The notes: a model not told the origin generated them from the sequence alone. Counted from the first letter of the stretch, positions 11,898 through 25,538 are shown. The stretch is DNA of 64,000 nt from Azolla caroliniana (GCA_043228905.1 JBHGNT010000007.1:13392001-13456000); one strand, 5' to 3'. Numbers and translations: made by a program.

Positions 11898-14800
11898 AGG
11901 AGTGATCATAAATGTATTTTTGGCTATTATGTGTAACTACATTCCGCTTTTAACAAATCGAGTAATATAAAAGCATGTGCTTTGAATTCCTATGATTTCT
12001 AAAAAAGAGTTTCTTATAAAATAACATTGGTTTACTTCTAAATCACGAAAATAGTGGATTTAAAACCTTTTTCATAGTATATTTGAACATGTATGATATT
12101 GGTATTAATGTGTTTTGTAAAATCATTGAAAAAGCCCTAAAATCAACCAAAATATTCCTTATCCTTCCATTTATGCGCGATCCTTCCACTTGTGAACGCA
12201 AACGTGTTACAACAAAACCCATATCCGTTGAAGCTATCGATGGACGGGTTCTCTCTTCGGGGGCGGTTACTAAAGCCCCTGTCCCGTTGGTACTTTAAGT
12301 CAGGTTCCATTGGGAGGTATTAACATTTTATCTCATTGCAACCCCTCGACATTTGATTGTTTTAGGGATCTCCTAGTTGGAAACACACAATCCGATGGTG
12401 GATTGGTGCAGCCACTCCATCACCTTTCCACAAACACCGTTACTTGTGTGGGGGCTGCTTTCAGCTTCGGTGCACATTCTTCTCATTTCAACTCAATATC
12501 CGACATTTCTGATTCCTTTAGTGGTTGACTCTAGCGCGGTCACTTCCGTGCCTGTTGTGTCACACGACGTCTCTGTTCTTGTCACCAATTTGCCCGCAAG
12601 ATATAGCGATTTCTGGACGTGTTCGAAAAGTGAAATACAAACCGGTTACCAGCACATCACCCCTATGATTGCCTAATCAAACTCCAAGATGACGCACATC
12701 CACCATTTGGGCCCATCTATGGGCTATCTGAACCCGAACCTAAGGCTCTTTGCACATATCTGGATGAAAACCTCGCCAAGGGCTTCATTCAACCCACCAA
12801 ATCACCGGTTGGGGCCCCAATCTTATTTGTCAAGAACAAGGATGGCTCATTACGCCTATGTGTGGATTATCGGGATCTCAACAAAATTACGGTACGTAAT
12901 CGTTATCCCTTGCCTTTAATTCCAACACTCCTTGACCGACTTCGAACCGGGTGTATCTTCTCCAAAATCGACCTTCGGGGAGCCTACAATCTGGGTGCAT
13001 ATCAAGCCAGGAGACGAGTGGAAAACTGCCTTCCGAACACGCTATGGACATTTCGAGTACAAGGTGATGCCTTGTGGTCTCACCAACGCCCCGACGGTCT
13101 TTCAGCACATGATGAACAATATATTTCGGCAGTATCTTGATCACTTCGTGGTGATCTACCTTCATGACATTTTAGTTTTTTCTTCCAACATAGAGGAGCA
13201 CACCCAACACGTCCGAATGGTTCTATCCAAACTTCGGGAACATGGACTTTATGCCAAAAGTGAGAAATGTGAATTCAATCGGATATCTGTCGAATTCCTA
13301 GGCTACGTGATTTCACCCTCCGAGATCACAATGGATGCACGCAAGGTAGCGACAATAACCGATTGGCTTGTCCCTACTCGGTTGAAAAAGGTACAATCAT
13401 TTCTCGGTTTTGCAAATTTCTATCGACGATTTATCAATGGTTTTTCATCTTTAGTGCAACCTCTAATCCTTTTTACTAGAAAAGATATTCCATTTCTTTG
13501 GACCTCTATGCCTCGGAAATCAATTATCCGGTCTACGACAAGGAGCTTGCAGCAATCATATCTATCTTCACCGAGTGGCAACCCTATTTTGCTGGAGCCG
13601 AACATCGCATCTAGGTGCTGACCGACCACAAAAATCTAATTTACTTCACCACCAATCGTACATTGAATAAGAGGAAAGCCCGATGGTCATCTTTTCTCGC
13701 TGACTATAACTTTGAGATCTTGTTTCAACCTGGAGTTCAACATGGGAAAGTTGATGCCCTCTCTCGGCGTCCTGATTTTGCATTGCACCCATGAGATGAC
13801 GCATATTCACAACAATATTGTTTGTTGCGGCCCAATCAACTTCAAATGTTCACCACCTGCATGTTGCATGATGATTCTTTGCTCAACGAGATTGCCACGG
13901 CAACCACGTCAGACCCATTCGCCAAAGAAATCATGGCCTACATCAATGACCCATCTGCGGGCATGAAAAGCTCATTCTTAACCAATTTACAATCCAGGAT
14001 GGGTTACTATATCCTAATCATCTATTGTACATTCCCGAAGGATCATGTCGGACACGGGTATTACAAAATTGTCATGATGATCCTCTTGCCGGTTACTTTG
14101 GGGTCACGAAAACCTTGGAATTGCTATCTCAAGGGTTTTGGTGGCCCCAACCTTGGAAATTTGTCAAGGAACTTATCAAGACATGTGATGTATGTGCTCG
14201 GTCCAAAATGCCTCACCATCAGCCATATGGTCTTCTCCACTCGCTCCCCATTCCAAGTTGACCATGGGTCTCTCTATCCATGGACGTTATCATCGACCTC
14301 CCTCTGGTTGGTGGCCATGACACGGTGCTAGTCATTGTCGATTGGTTTTGGAAGATGGCTCACTTTGTCCCATGTTCCAAAACCATTTCCAAAAAAGAGA
14401 CAGTTGACCTTTTTCTTAAAAATGTTGTCCGATTACATGGCTTACCCAAGGTTATCACCTCTGATCGAAGTTCTCAGTTCATTTCCCACTTTTGGCGATG
14501 ACTTCTACAAACATTCGGGACTTCTGTAAACTTGTCCTCAGCATACCATCCTCAAACTGATGGACAAATGGAATGAGTCAACCAAATCCTCGAACAATAC
14601 CTTCGGTGTACCGTGAGCTACCAACAAGAGGATTGGGTGGGGTTCCTTGGAATGGTGGAATTTGCCTACAATAATAGTATCCATGCTTCGACTAAGGTTT
14701 CCCCCTTCTTTGCAAACTATGGATTTCACCCTCATTTCAGCATTTCCATACCTGCAACTTCGGTCAATCCATCAACAGAGACGCGTGCCTGCGCTTTACA

Positions 14801-15169
14801 CGATGTCCATCGTGATCTCTCCTTGGAGCTCCATGTCGCTAACGACCAGTATAAAGATCAAGCGGATCAACATCGTTTGACTGCACCGACGTTTGCAGTC
14901 AAGGACATGGTTTGGTTGTTACGTCGCCACATCGCCACCACACGTCCTTGTGCAAAATTGGACTACAAAAGACTAGGCCCTTTTCGTATCATCGAGCGAA
15001 TCAAGCCAGTCACCTTTGGGTTAGCACTTCCTCCAACATTCAGGATTCACAATGTTTTTCACGTTTCTCTTCTCGAACTCTACCATCCTTCTTGAATTCT
15101 AGGACGACAACCTCCTCCACCGCCACCTATGGAATTGTCGATGGGCAAAGAATATGAGGTTGACCAAAT

Positions 15170-15430
15170 CCTCAACTCTCGATATCATCATCGACAACTC
15201 CAATATTTGGTCTTATGGAAAGGTTACCCCATTTCGGATGCCACATGGGAACCAATTACACATTCACAAAATGCTCCGAAGGCCATTCGCCTCGATTTTC
15301 CTCAACTCTCGATATCATCATCGACAACTCCAATATTTGGTCTTATGGAAAGGTTACCCCATTTCGGATGCCACATGGGAACCAATTACACATTTACAAA
15401 ATGCTCCAAAGGCCATTCGCCTCGATTTTC
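15170..15430 (+). repeat. 131-bp tandem duplication of chromodomain coding sequence
   Basis: CTCAACTCTCGATATCATCATCG...CCTCGATTTTC occurs at 15171 and 15301, nearly identical. Confidence 0.95.
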
Positions 15431-15502
15431 ATCAATAATACCCACATAAGCTAGCCGCGAGTTCTGGGAGGCGGTCTTAGAGGGAGGATAATGTCATAGA
15501 CA

Positions 15503-15575
15503 TGATGGAATGTAGGGGGTTGAACCCATGACCTCCTGGTCTTATTGGGCAACCTTACCAATTTAGCTACATCCA
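15503..15575 (-). other. tRNA-like segment (Pol III A and B boxes) in U3 of the chromovirus LTR
   Basis: Minus strand reads GGATGTAGCTAAATTGGTAAGG...GGAGGTCATGGGTTCAACCCCCTACATTCCA. Confidence 0.6.
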
Positions 15576-16886
15576 TCTATGCATTATTGTATTACAATAA
15601 GTTTCAATTTATTACATTCTATGTTAATCACTAGAACTTTCAAGAAATTTCTAGAGAATGCATCTTCATGCACTCTCTAGATGTTTCCTAGCTTGCATGC
15701 ATACCATCACATTCTTGTATAAATACTTCGGTGCACCTTGATTACAATCAAGGTGAACAACACCAGTTACGTAAGCATAATTTAGTTCTTGCTCTTTTGT
15801 CTACCTTCTCTCTCTCTTGTTCTCTTGTTTATGCTCTCTCTCTCTCTATATATCTATCTTTCACTCCCTCTTAATTAATATTTAGCTCGCCTACTTATCC
15901 CTGTCCAGGTCTAACCGTTCGTGACAATGCGTAGAGAGTAGTGGTTTGACTCTTAACCATTGAGTAATCATAGATTCTCAAAAGGTGTGTTCACACATTC
16001 CACTATGTTGAGCTTGATTCTCAACACGCCCCCTCAAGCTCAACTCAGGTCAGTTCCTTTAGATTGATGTCTGCTTCGACTGGTATCCGGTTCAGACGAT
16101 CTCTGGTGTTTGCTTCATTTCGTACTTGGTTCGGACGGTATCCGATTCTCACTTGTACTCCCTCTCAAGCTTGGCAAGTCAGGGATCGTCAATCCAAGGT
16201 CCGACATGAATTGCCGAAGCTTGTTGTCTCCTAGGGCCTTGGTGAAGATTTCAGTTGTCTAAAGATTTGTGTTGATGTGTAGAAGATCACGCTCTTGAAT
16301 GAAGTGGTAGTGCACTTCGATATGCGTTGTGCGTGCGTGGAACACTGGGTTCTGAGCCACATACATATTGCTCATGTTGTCGTAGTAAATGGGAGTCAGA
16401 TCCTTGATGGGAACGCCCAGATCCTTCAAAATCCTCTTGAGTCATACAACTTCACATGCAACTATGGTTGTGCCCCTGTATTCATCCTCCGTACTCGAAA
16501 GTGCGATGGTAGGCTGCTTCTTACTACTCCAAGATATTGCTCCGCTACCGAGCGAGAAGAAAAATCCAGAGGTCGATCGTCGATCAACTTTGTAGCCGGC
16601 CCAGTCGGCATCAGTGTACCCTTCGAGTCGAATTGGTGTGGCCAATGCGTAGAGTATATGTCGTAATCCATTGTGCCACTCACGTATCGTAATACTCACT
16701 TAGAGCAATTGAAATGGATATCTTGTGGAGTTTGCATGAATTGGGTAAGGAGGCCAACTGGATAGTTGAGGTCGGGTCGAGTGATCGTGAGATAGATGAG
16801 GCTCCCGATCAGTTATCGATATTGAGTCGGCTCGCACTCGTCTGTACCGGAGTCGGCATCTAGTTTGAGGTTTCGATTGAGAGGGG

Positions 16887-17179
16887 TTGCCACATATTTG
16901 CACTCAGCCATCCCGAATTTGTATAACAAGTTGAGGATGTAGTGCCGTAGAGAGATCATAATGCCGGTCGGAATCCAAATTACTTGCCACATATTTGCAC
17001 TCAGCCATCCCGAATTTGTATAACAAGTTGAGGATGTAGTGCCGTAGAGAGATCATAATGCCGGTCGGAATCCAAATTACTTGCCACATATTTGCACTCA
17101 GCCATCCCGAATTTGTATAACAAGTTGAGGATTTAGTGCCGTAGAGAGATCATAATGCCGGTCGGAATCCAAATTACTT
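16887..17179. repeat. 97-bp x3 tandem repeat inside the copia A RT
   Basis: TTGCCACATATTTGCACTCAGCCATCCCG...CCAAATTAC starts at 16887, 16984 and 17081. Confidence 0.95.
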
Positions 17180-18216
17180 CGATTCCAAGGAAGTAATGGA
17201 GCTCTTTCAAGTCCGTCATCTCGAATTTGCCGGAGAGGAGGGACTTGACCTTGTTGATGTCGACTAAATGTTCACCTCCAATAACCAGATCATCCACGTA
17301 TAGGATGATGACAATCGAGTTTCTAGAGTTGTTTCGTACGTAGAGGGAGTTGTCGGATTTCGACATTCCAAAACCGATTTTGATGAAGATATTGTGTAAT
17401 CTTCGAATGCCAACCACGCGGTGCTTGCTTGAGGCCGTAGAGAGGCTTCTTCAGTTGGCATATGGCTTTCGGATGAATGCTAGATTCGAAGATGGGTGGT
17501 TGTACCATGTACACCTCCTCTTCTAATTCGCCTTGAAGGAAGGCATTCTTTATATCCATGTGATGGAGGTGCCACCCTTTCGCTGCTGCGAGTGCAATTA
17601 CGGTCCGCACAGTCTTCATCTTTGCCATCGGGGCAAATGTCTCTTCGTAGTCAACTCCATGTGTTTGTGCATATCCTTTCACTACGAGTCAAGCTTTGTA
17701 GCAGTTTACGGAGCCGTCGACGTTATACTTCACCTTGTAGATTGTTATCCTTTAGGGTGGACAAGTCCGAACATAGGGTGGTCCAGTGAGATATGGATGG
17801 ACCGTGGTATCAAATGGGTCTTACCGGTTACCAACCGGCACTGTTAATGATCGTAACACACGCGTAAGATTAATTATATTAAGCACAGGATGGTAACCAA
17901 ATAGACACTAAGTAATACGTAAAATAGCAGCACTTCTATTAATTATCTGTCCCTAATTACATTCTTGCCGGGTCCTTTTATATGTCTCCAGGTGAGTTAC
18001 AAACCGGTGCCAACCGGCAACCGGTAATGATCTGGTCCGGATCCGAATCGGCATACTGATTCTGGTTCATCCACCCGCTTCTCAAAATAACATAATAACA
18101 TAATATTTATCTTCTCAAAATAACGTAATATTTATTAACAACAACTCCCTATCCTTAATTAAATACCCCTTCCACATTTTGGACTCTAACCGGCCCTTTG
18201 GTCTTGCAAGCCAACA

Positions 18217-18385
18217 CAAGGGTTCTAGAATATCCAGAATGCTTTGGTCCAAGGGTTCTAGAATGTCCAGAATGCTTTGGTCCAAGGGTTCTAGAATGTC
18301 CAGAATGCTTTGGTCCAAGGGTTCTAGAGGTTCTTGAACTTTAATTAAAATGTCCAAAATGCTTTGGTCCAAGGGTTCTAAAGGT
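18217..18385. repeat. 33-bp minisatellite next to the gypsy 3' LTR
   Basis: About 4 copies of CAAGGGTTCTAGAATGTCCAGAATGCTTTGGTC. Confidence 0.85.
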
Positions 18386-18499
18386 TCTTGGGGTAGTTGC
18401 TCCGTTTGTTGTGGTTGTTGTGGTTGTTGTTGTTGTTGTTGCTCTCCGGCCTGCTCTTCCTTTTTGGCCTCAGTCCCATCTCCGGCTCATCTGTTTTGG

Positions 18500-20160
18500 G
18501 CTCGTCCTACTCCTGACATCTGGCTTGCACTAGCTCTTGCGGGTTCAGCTGCTCCACTTGAGTCACATTTGGCTGGCTTTCTCCAGTTTCGGCTGCATTC
18601 GGCGTCTGTTCTTGAGATTGCTCTTCGTCACTAATGTTAATTGTCATCGTTCTTCTAGTTGCCATTTGTTGTCTCCGCTCCCGTTTGTATCGCACGAACT
18701 GAAGTTGGGTATCCAGCTATTCGTCATCCAACTGTTCCACCAGTCGGCCCACCGCCACCAGTTGCTCTCCGGGCAAGGACAGGAAGTCATCCGATAACTC
18801 CTCCCGTATGGTCACAACGCTTTCCACGTCCAGTTTGTAGAAGTTATTGTCGTCCTTTTGCCAGTTTTCCGCATCCCCTTGTAGGACCTGCAACTCCACT
18901 GCATGCTTTGCCCATTTGGACCACCACTATGCTGAACTTTCTTCAACTAACCTCTTCTTCTAGTCCCTCCATGTCAATACAATTTCTCGAATACGGCCAA
19001 GTCCCATCTTTGACTTCTCCTCCACGACCTACTTTTCATCCTTTAATTGCTTTATGAGGATCGCGGTTGCCTCATCTTCTCCTTGATACTGCATCAGTTG
19101 TGTCTGATAAGTCCTCTGAACTCTATTCAGAGCCATCTTTGCTCGTTCCATCTCCTCATGATGCTGTCGGGTAAGCTCCATTCTATCCTTCGCCGCTTCT
19201 GCCAGCATCTTTGCCGCTTCGACTACCTTGGTCCTTTCTTCCACCAATGTTGTTGTCGTCTTGTTGACTTTATCCCGGACTTCCCGTATCTTCTTCTGTT
19301 TCCGGTCACCTTCTGCCATCAATTTCTTGTGTTCCGCCTCTAGGTGCTTGTGATCCCGATGCAACCGGTCAAAATCCTCCGTTTTCTGTTTCAGCCGCTG
19401 ATTGACTTGGCATCGGGCCCGATCCTCACGGTCCTTCTATTGCCGGAGTTCTTCTTGGAGCCGCTCGATCTCGACTTCCACCAAATGCTGGAGTTTGTCC
19501 TTTTCGTACAAAAACTTTTCTTTTTCTTCCTTCAATCGGTCATATGCTTGATGACCCTTTTGTAGATTTTCCTCGGCTCTTCGGAGGTTCTTTGCCGTTT
19601 TCCGTTGTTCCTCCACCGCCGCCTTCTTCAGGTCCTGTTCTCTAGCCCTTAAGGCCTCTTGGACTACTAATTCCTCTCTGAGAGTGGCGAGTTCTTGTTC
19701 TTGTGCCTTATTTGCATCTGGTGCTATTTCAATTACTGACATCTTATTGGTTTGTTCATTCACCGGAGCCACCGGTTCTGGTAGACTTGGTCCTTCTATG
19801 ACCTGCTTAGACGCCTTTGCTTTGGCCTACGCAATTTCTTCTTTCATGCTCCGGATCCTCGACCGGGCCTTCTCAAGTTCTTTGGTTGTGGAGAACCGGT
19901 TCCCCTCTACTCTCTCCTCCATTTCTATTTGGCACACAACCTCGCCCACCTACTCGCCGATCCACCGTAGCCATTGACTGCCGGTGCCTTTTTGTCGTGC
20001 CGGTTCTGGTTGTGGCATGGCCTCTGTTCTCACCGAAAGCCCTTTTTGGATTGTTGACTATACAACGACAACTCCTGCTCTTGTTGTGCCTGCTGCTCCG
20101 ATGAGGTTGGCAATTCAATTACCGGTTCTTGGACCACAGATACTGTTGCTTCTTGCCGCA
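18500..20160 (-). pseudogene. Disrupted extra ORF (long coiled-coil, E/K/Q/R-rich) downstream of pol
   Basis: Successive minus-strand fragments 19437-19772, 19029-19364, 18717-18899 and 18507-18695 have heptad-like charged sequence. Confidence 0.6.
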
Positions 20161-23100
20161 CTAGTTCATCCCGTCTGGGGGTAGTCCAGTGCTTAAGAAC
20201 TAGTGCATATTTGCTAGCCATTTGTCCTCGTCCGCAATTGTCCCATCTACCATGGTTTCCGCTGTAATTTTAAACAATGGGGCATCCGGAAAGTCGTCTT
20301 GAACACCGTCACCGGTCTCTCCGGATTCTAACCGGCTCAAGTAATCGGCAACCGTATGTTGTATGCTCGGCCAGTGGTAGATCTCAAATTCAAATTCCTT
20401 TAATAATAATGTCCACCGGACCAGCTTGCCGGTGAGTGATGCCTTCGAGACCAAGGATAAAAGCGTTAAATGGTTTACATGGAATGAAAACTTGCGGCCC
20501 AACAAATAATGACGGTATTTGGTGACACTGTATATCATTCCTAGGGCTTCTCTTTCCATACTGGAATAATTTTGCTCTGCCTTTGACAACTTCCAGCTAG
20601 CGTAGTACACTGACTAGTACCACTTCGGTTCGGTAAGTTGCATGAGTACGCTGCCGATTGTGATATCCGATGCGTCCATGAAGACATGGAACTCTTTTGA
20701 CCAATCCGGGGGTTGTACCACTGGTGCTTGTGTCAGCATTACCTTGAGTGTGCGGTAAGACTTGTCCTCTTCATCCATCTATTTAAATGGTGTCTGGTGT
20801 ACCGCTGCGTGTAATGGCGTGGCGAGGTCTGCCAAGTACCGGAGCATCTAGCTATGCCATCGGATCTGTCCTAAGAACCAGCTTAAAGCCTTGGCGATCG
20901 TCGATGCCGGTGCCTGCAAAATAACCTTGACCTTATCCGGGTCCATGGCAATCCCTTCCTTGCTAACAATATGACCCAGCAATGTATCCCTGGTCACACC
21001 GAAGACGCATTTTGCGGGGTTTAAGCTTAACCGGTATCCTCTGCACTTTTCCAAGCATAACCTGAGATGGTCGAGATGTTCCCCTTAAAGGTTGTCGACG
21101 CCATCTTGAGTCCGAACATCATTACAACTGCTGCAAAGACTCCCCATTCTATCAGGAACGCCGTCTTTTCTTGATCATCTGGGTGCATCCTTATTTGGTT
21201 ATATCTGCTGAAACCATCTAGGAAGCTATAAACCTCGTGCCCGGCTACCGCATCTAAAACTCCATCCGTAAATGGATGCGGAAATGCGTCAGTGACCGTT
21301 GTTGCGTTCAATTTCCAGTAATCCACGCAAACACGGATCTTGTTGTTCTTCTTCGGCACTACAACAATTGGACTTAGCCAAGTGGCTTTCTTCATCAGAC
21401 GGATAAAGCCGACTCGGAGTAGCTTGTGAATTTCCTCCTTTACTCTTGCCGCGTAGTTTGGGTTCATCCGATAGTATCGTTGTGCCATCGGCTTAGCGTC
21501 CTTGCTGAGGTGAATCTGATGTTGATAGAGTTGGGGGTCAAGTCCCCGCATATCTTTGTAGGACCAGGCGAATACGTCCCAGAATTCTTTCAATAATGTT
21601 ATCATTGCCAATTTGTCATCTGGTGACATCTCCTTAACCACGTGTACCAGACGCACTTCCTCTCCGGTGCCCAAATTTACTTCTTCCAGTTGGGACACCT
21701 TTACTCATTGGGATACCGCCATTTCCCGTTCCAAGGCTTCCTGTGCTTGCCGCAATTCCTGGATTGCATCCTTATCCGGTTCCTCACCGGCCTCTTCCAT
21801 CTACACGATGTATGGAGATACCACTTCTGCCACGTCCACTTCGAACAAAGAGACTATCCTTGGGTTCTTTTCAAGGTAGCGATCCACCTCCTCGTCGGGC
21901 AGTCCTCCCAGCAAGTTCACGCTTTCGGCATATAGTGGGATTACGTCTTTGCCGGGGCATGCTTCTGGTTGCGTGGGTACCCTTACTTTCATTTTCCCTC
22001 TTCGAAACGTAATATTGTTCTTCAGCCAGTTCTGTTTGATACAGGTAGTCCTCAGCCATGGTCTTCCTAACAGTAGTGGATATGCCCCTTGAGCGTTCAG
22101 CTGGAGGATTACCGCAAAAATTCAGAAAGCGTGGCCTCCAATCGTCACCTCCAAGTCCCGAATCAAGCCGGTCAGTCAGACTGAGCTGGTGTCCGCCATC
22201 CGAAGCCAGAATGGGCATGGTTCCCAGTCTTGAATTCCCAAAGTGTCGCATGTCCGGAGGCTTATCACGTTTACTCCTGATCCACCATCGACTATCGTAC
22301 CCGGTAGCTCTCGTCCTTTAATAATCGCAATGATTGGCGGACTGCTGGTGTCCACCACTACTGGTCCTTCCTCTGAATTTGAAAAGAATGTCGGAGCCCA
22401 TGCAGGACTTAACGGAGCCAATGCCGATTTCAACCCGTCGGTGAACCAGGGCACTAGTTGCAGTAATCGGCCCAGTGGTAACGTGATTCGGCATTCCTGA
22501 AGTGCTTGCCACATGGGGTTCTCCGGTTGTGCCTTTACGGTGAGTTCCTCCATTTCATTCGTGTGCTCTTTCATTTTGGTGACATTGCGTTCGTTGGCCT
22601 TTTCAATCCATTCAGTGGTCCATTTTCGTATGGCCTCCTGTGCTTCCCACTCCGTTGTTTTTCCTTTTGATCTGGTGGTGACTTGTTGTATATCTACTAC
22701 TTCTACTACCACCATATTGACTGTCGGTCATTTTTCGTTACTTTTAACCGGACATTGGTTGTTGTAATGGCCTTCCTGGCGGCTATAGTAACAATACGCC
22801 TTCCGGGTATTGATAGATTCAGATTTTGGCCCGGTACCCTGTTGAAATCCCGTTATCGCTCGGTTAGGTTCTTCTATTCTTCTTTGTTCTAGTTGGGCGC
22901 TACTTATGCCTCTATCCGGCTCTCGTTGGTACTCCTTTGCCGGCTCTAGATGATCCTCTTTCCGAAAGTTTTGTTTCTTAATAAAGCGTTTGTTGTTCTT
23001 GTAACCCTGTCGGTGCCAATCTTCATAGTCTCCTCGTTGGTCCTCCCTCCTCTGGTTGTAGCTTGGAGAGTAATCGCGACCATACCGGTCACCGTTATAA

Positions 23101-24926
23101 TCATGGTTCCTATCATACCGGTCGCAGCCTTCTTCGGTCGTAATCTGGGGAGTAGTCCAGTTCATACCAATCTCGGTTGTAGCCTTCCCTGCGTCGGTCG
23201 TCGCGATCGCGCCCATAGTCGTCGCGTCTTCTATCATTGTACCGATCCCCACGTTCTGGTCGGTATCGGTCCTCCCTCCGGAACCGTTCGTCTTCCGGTT
23301 CGTGACTACTACGGGGTTCAATGATCCGCACCGGTGCCGCTTGTTCGTTGAGCAGGTTGTACTCGCATCGGTCCGTTGTGTGTGCCCGTGAGTGGGAGAT
23401 CATACACTACATCCTCATTGTGCAGTCTACCGTAGAATGGCCCGGGTTTAGACACGTGCATTGCAATGCTTGGCGAAACCTGAGATCCTCCTGATTTTGA
23501 AGGGCCCTCTGCAGGGCTCCCATCGTCATCAAGGAGCTATGTTTATCCATTTCCAGCACCCGATCGATGACTTGATCCATTGTGTTGGCCTGGAAATTTT
23601 GTACCCCGTACATCGTTCGGAGGGGTTCCTATAGAGCAGCCAGAAACACTGCTTTCGCCTCCTCCTCTGGAGGTGCCCTTGTTAATTGGCTGTGCAGTGT
23701 TTAAAATCGGATGATAAATTGGGGCACTATCTCCTGCTCCTCTTGGTGGGTTGTGTAAAACTAACCGACTAGTTCACGTTGTTCCACTTTCCTATGGAAT
23801 AGTCGAAGGAATTTTGTTTTCAAGGCCTCAAATGTGGCAAAGCTTCCGGGTAGCTGCTTTGCGTGCCAGTGGGCCGCCGGTTCCTCTAATGTCATGCCGA
23901 ATTTGGCAATTTTTGACCGTTCGGCTTCCGGTTCGGTCACCCTTTGGGACACATGATTCGCTTCCCATGTTTGTAGGAATGCATAGATGTGCGCCTCTAC
24001 GCCAGGGTCATCCTGGTACTTCAGATACGGGTACGGCATGGTGTAGTCATCGGGAGCTTATACCGGAGATGGGTGGTTTAGTTCTTGCTCTGCGGGTGGT
24101 GTTGGTGCACGGTTTTCCGCTTCCTCTGCGGATGGTGTTGGCGCGCGGTTTTCCGCTGTCTCTGTGGGTGGTGTTGATGAGCCGTCCGATTCGTTGTTCT
24201 CTGGATCGTCCGGAGTATCGTGGCTGCTTTTGTAATTCGACTGAATGCTTTGTTCACTATCCGATTTCGACTCTAAGGCCGAGAATGCCTCCGAGTCTCT
24301 GTTGCCTCCGGCAAGTGTCCACAGTCGCGCTTCTGTCTCTTGCAGGCTCGTCAAACTACTGCCCTCATTGGAAAGTTGTTGTTTTTGGAACCGGAGTGCT
24401 TTTTCCGCGACCCTCCGAAGCACTCTAGGAAAAGATTGATCCTGCCAGATCTCCTTGGCCGCTTGCTGGAAGGCTTCCTTCCTGCCTTTTTGCTGTCTTT
24501 CGACAAGTCTTCTTCCTCGTTCGGTGACTTGGTCATTAGTCGGTCAAGACATCCATCCCCCGGTGTTCTCTGCTCACTACAGGAATCATGGTCGCCAAAA
24601 ACTATGTTATCCTTTAGGCTGGACAAGTCCTAACACAGGGTGTCCCTATGGAACACTTCACCACAAAGTGGTCCGATGAGATATGGATGGACCGTGGTAT
24701 CAAATGGGTCTTAACCGGTTACTAACCAGCACTATTAATGATCGTAACATACGTGTAAGATTAATTATATTAAGCACAAGACGGTAACCAAATAGACACT
24801 AAGCAATACGTAAAACAACAACACTTCTATTAATTATCCACTCCTAATTACATTCTTGCCAAGTCCTTTTATAGGTGTCCAGCTGAGTTACAAACCGGTG
24901 CCAACCGGCAACCGGCAACGATCCGG

Positions 24927-25538
24927 TGTTGAGTTGTTACGCTCTCGCATGTGAAATGAGGTGGGACTGCGGGGGCCCTGAACCAAGGAGCGTGAGGAAG
25001 AAGAGGGAGAGAGATTCGCAGAAACATAGAGAGAGAGGGGAACGGAAGATTCAATTACAATGTCAACAACGATTACAACTGGCAAGCCGGTAAGAGACCC
25101 AAAATGGAGGTCCCACACACACACCCGGATGACATAGAGAATGCTTGACGGAGCGTCTACTGGAAGCACACGGGCTTACACACAGCAGAGGTAACCGACA
25201 CAGAAACGTAGTGGAGTGGAATGGTGGAGGAAGAGAGAGCTCGGTCCTAGTCCGACAGCACTTTGTCCTTGCCAAAACGCGATATATTCTTCTTCTTCTC
25301 CCCTCCCTTTTATAGTTCGCCAAGGAGGCCGTTACATCAAAACACATCAACTTTATTCTTTGTCCTTTCGGACAGAGATACACATCGATTCCCTAGACAA
25401 TTAATACCCTTCCTAGTACATATGTACATCAACCGATCTATTCCTAGCTATGTACAATTCATAAACACACACACGCGCGAAAAGGATTGGGTCACGCCTC
25501 CTCCCCTTTCCCTCCTAGGGGCGGTTTTCTCCACGACA
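24927..25538 (-). mobile_element. Solo LTR inserted in the gypsy 5' LTR
   Basis: TG...CGACA termini and 4-bp TSD CCGG/CTGG. Absent from the sister LTR, which reads GATCTGGT. Shares AGAGCTCGGTCC.AGTCCGACAGCACTT with 25834-26453. Confidence 0.8.

Larger units (their letters stand above)
3713..12208. mobile_element. 8.5-kb TIR DNA transposon (Sola1-like) carrying a transposase and a ParB-methyltransferase cargo gene
   Basis: Left TIR AACATGTTCGCACTCACAAGTGGAAGGATCGTGCAT vs reverse complement of the right end AACACGTTTGCGTTCACAAGTGGAAGGATCGCGCAT: 31/36 identical, all mismatches transitions. 4-bp TSD ACAA at 3709-3712 and 12209-12212. Removing the element and one TSD restores the host protease frame (cga aca aca aaa ccc). 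Confidence 0.92.
2806..15926 (+). mobile_element. Ty3/gypsy chromovirus (Tcn1-like); 5' LTR and gag start deleted; split by a DNA transposon
   Basis: Gag PMEID..GLCLYCGSPSHVIHNCP. The protease rejoins as KIPIVR|TTKPISVEAIDG. RT ([10 protein letters not shown]; [13 protein letters not shown]), RNase H (YDKELAAI), integrase (ITSDR; AYHPQTDGQ; GPF) and chromodomain EYEVDQILNSR..YLVLWKGY..ATWEP. PPT, then 3' LTR 15492-15926 TGTCA...TGACA. Confidence 0.92.

Noticed and set aside
15129-15449. Double-chromodomain integrase
   Set aside because: The 131-bp duplication is not a multiple of three and shifts the frame, so it is a post-insertion duplication.
15503-15575. Functional tRNA genes at the tRNA-like segments
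   Set aside because: Anticodon arms and acceptor stems are degenerate and the segments are embedded in LTRs; reported as tRNA-like only.
23751-24428. 225-aa plus-strand ORF and similar antisense ORFs over the retroelements
   Set aside because: Shadow frames opposite gag/pol coding sequence.
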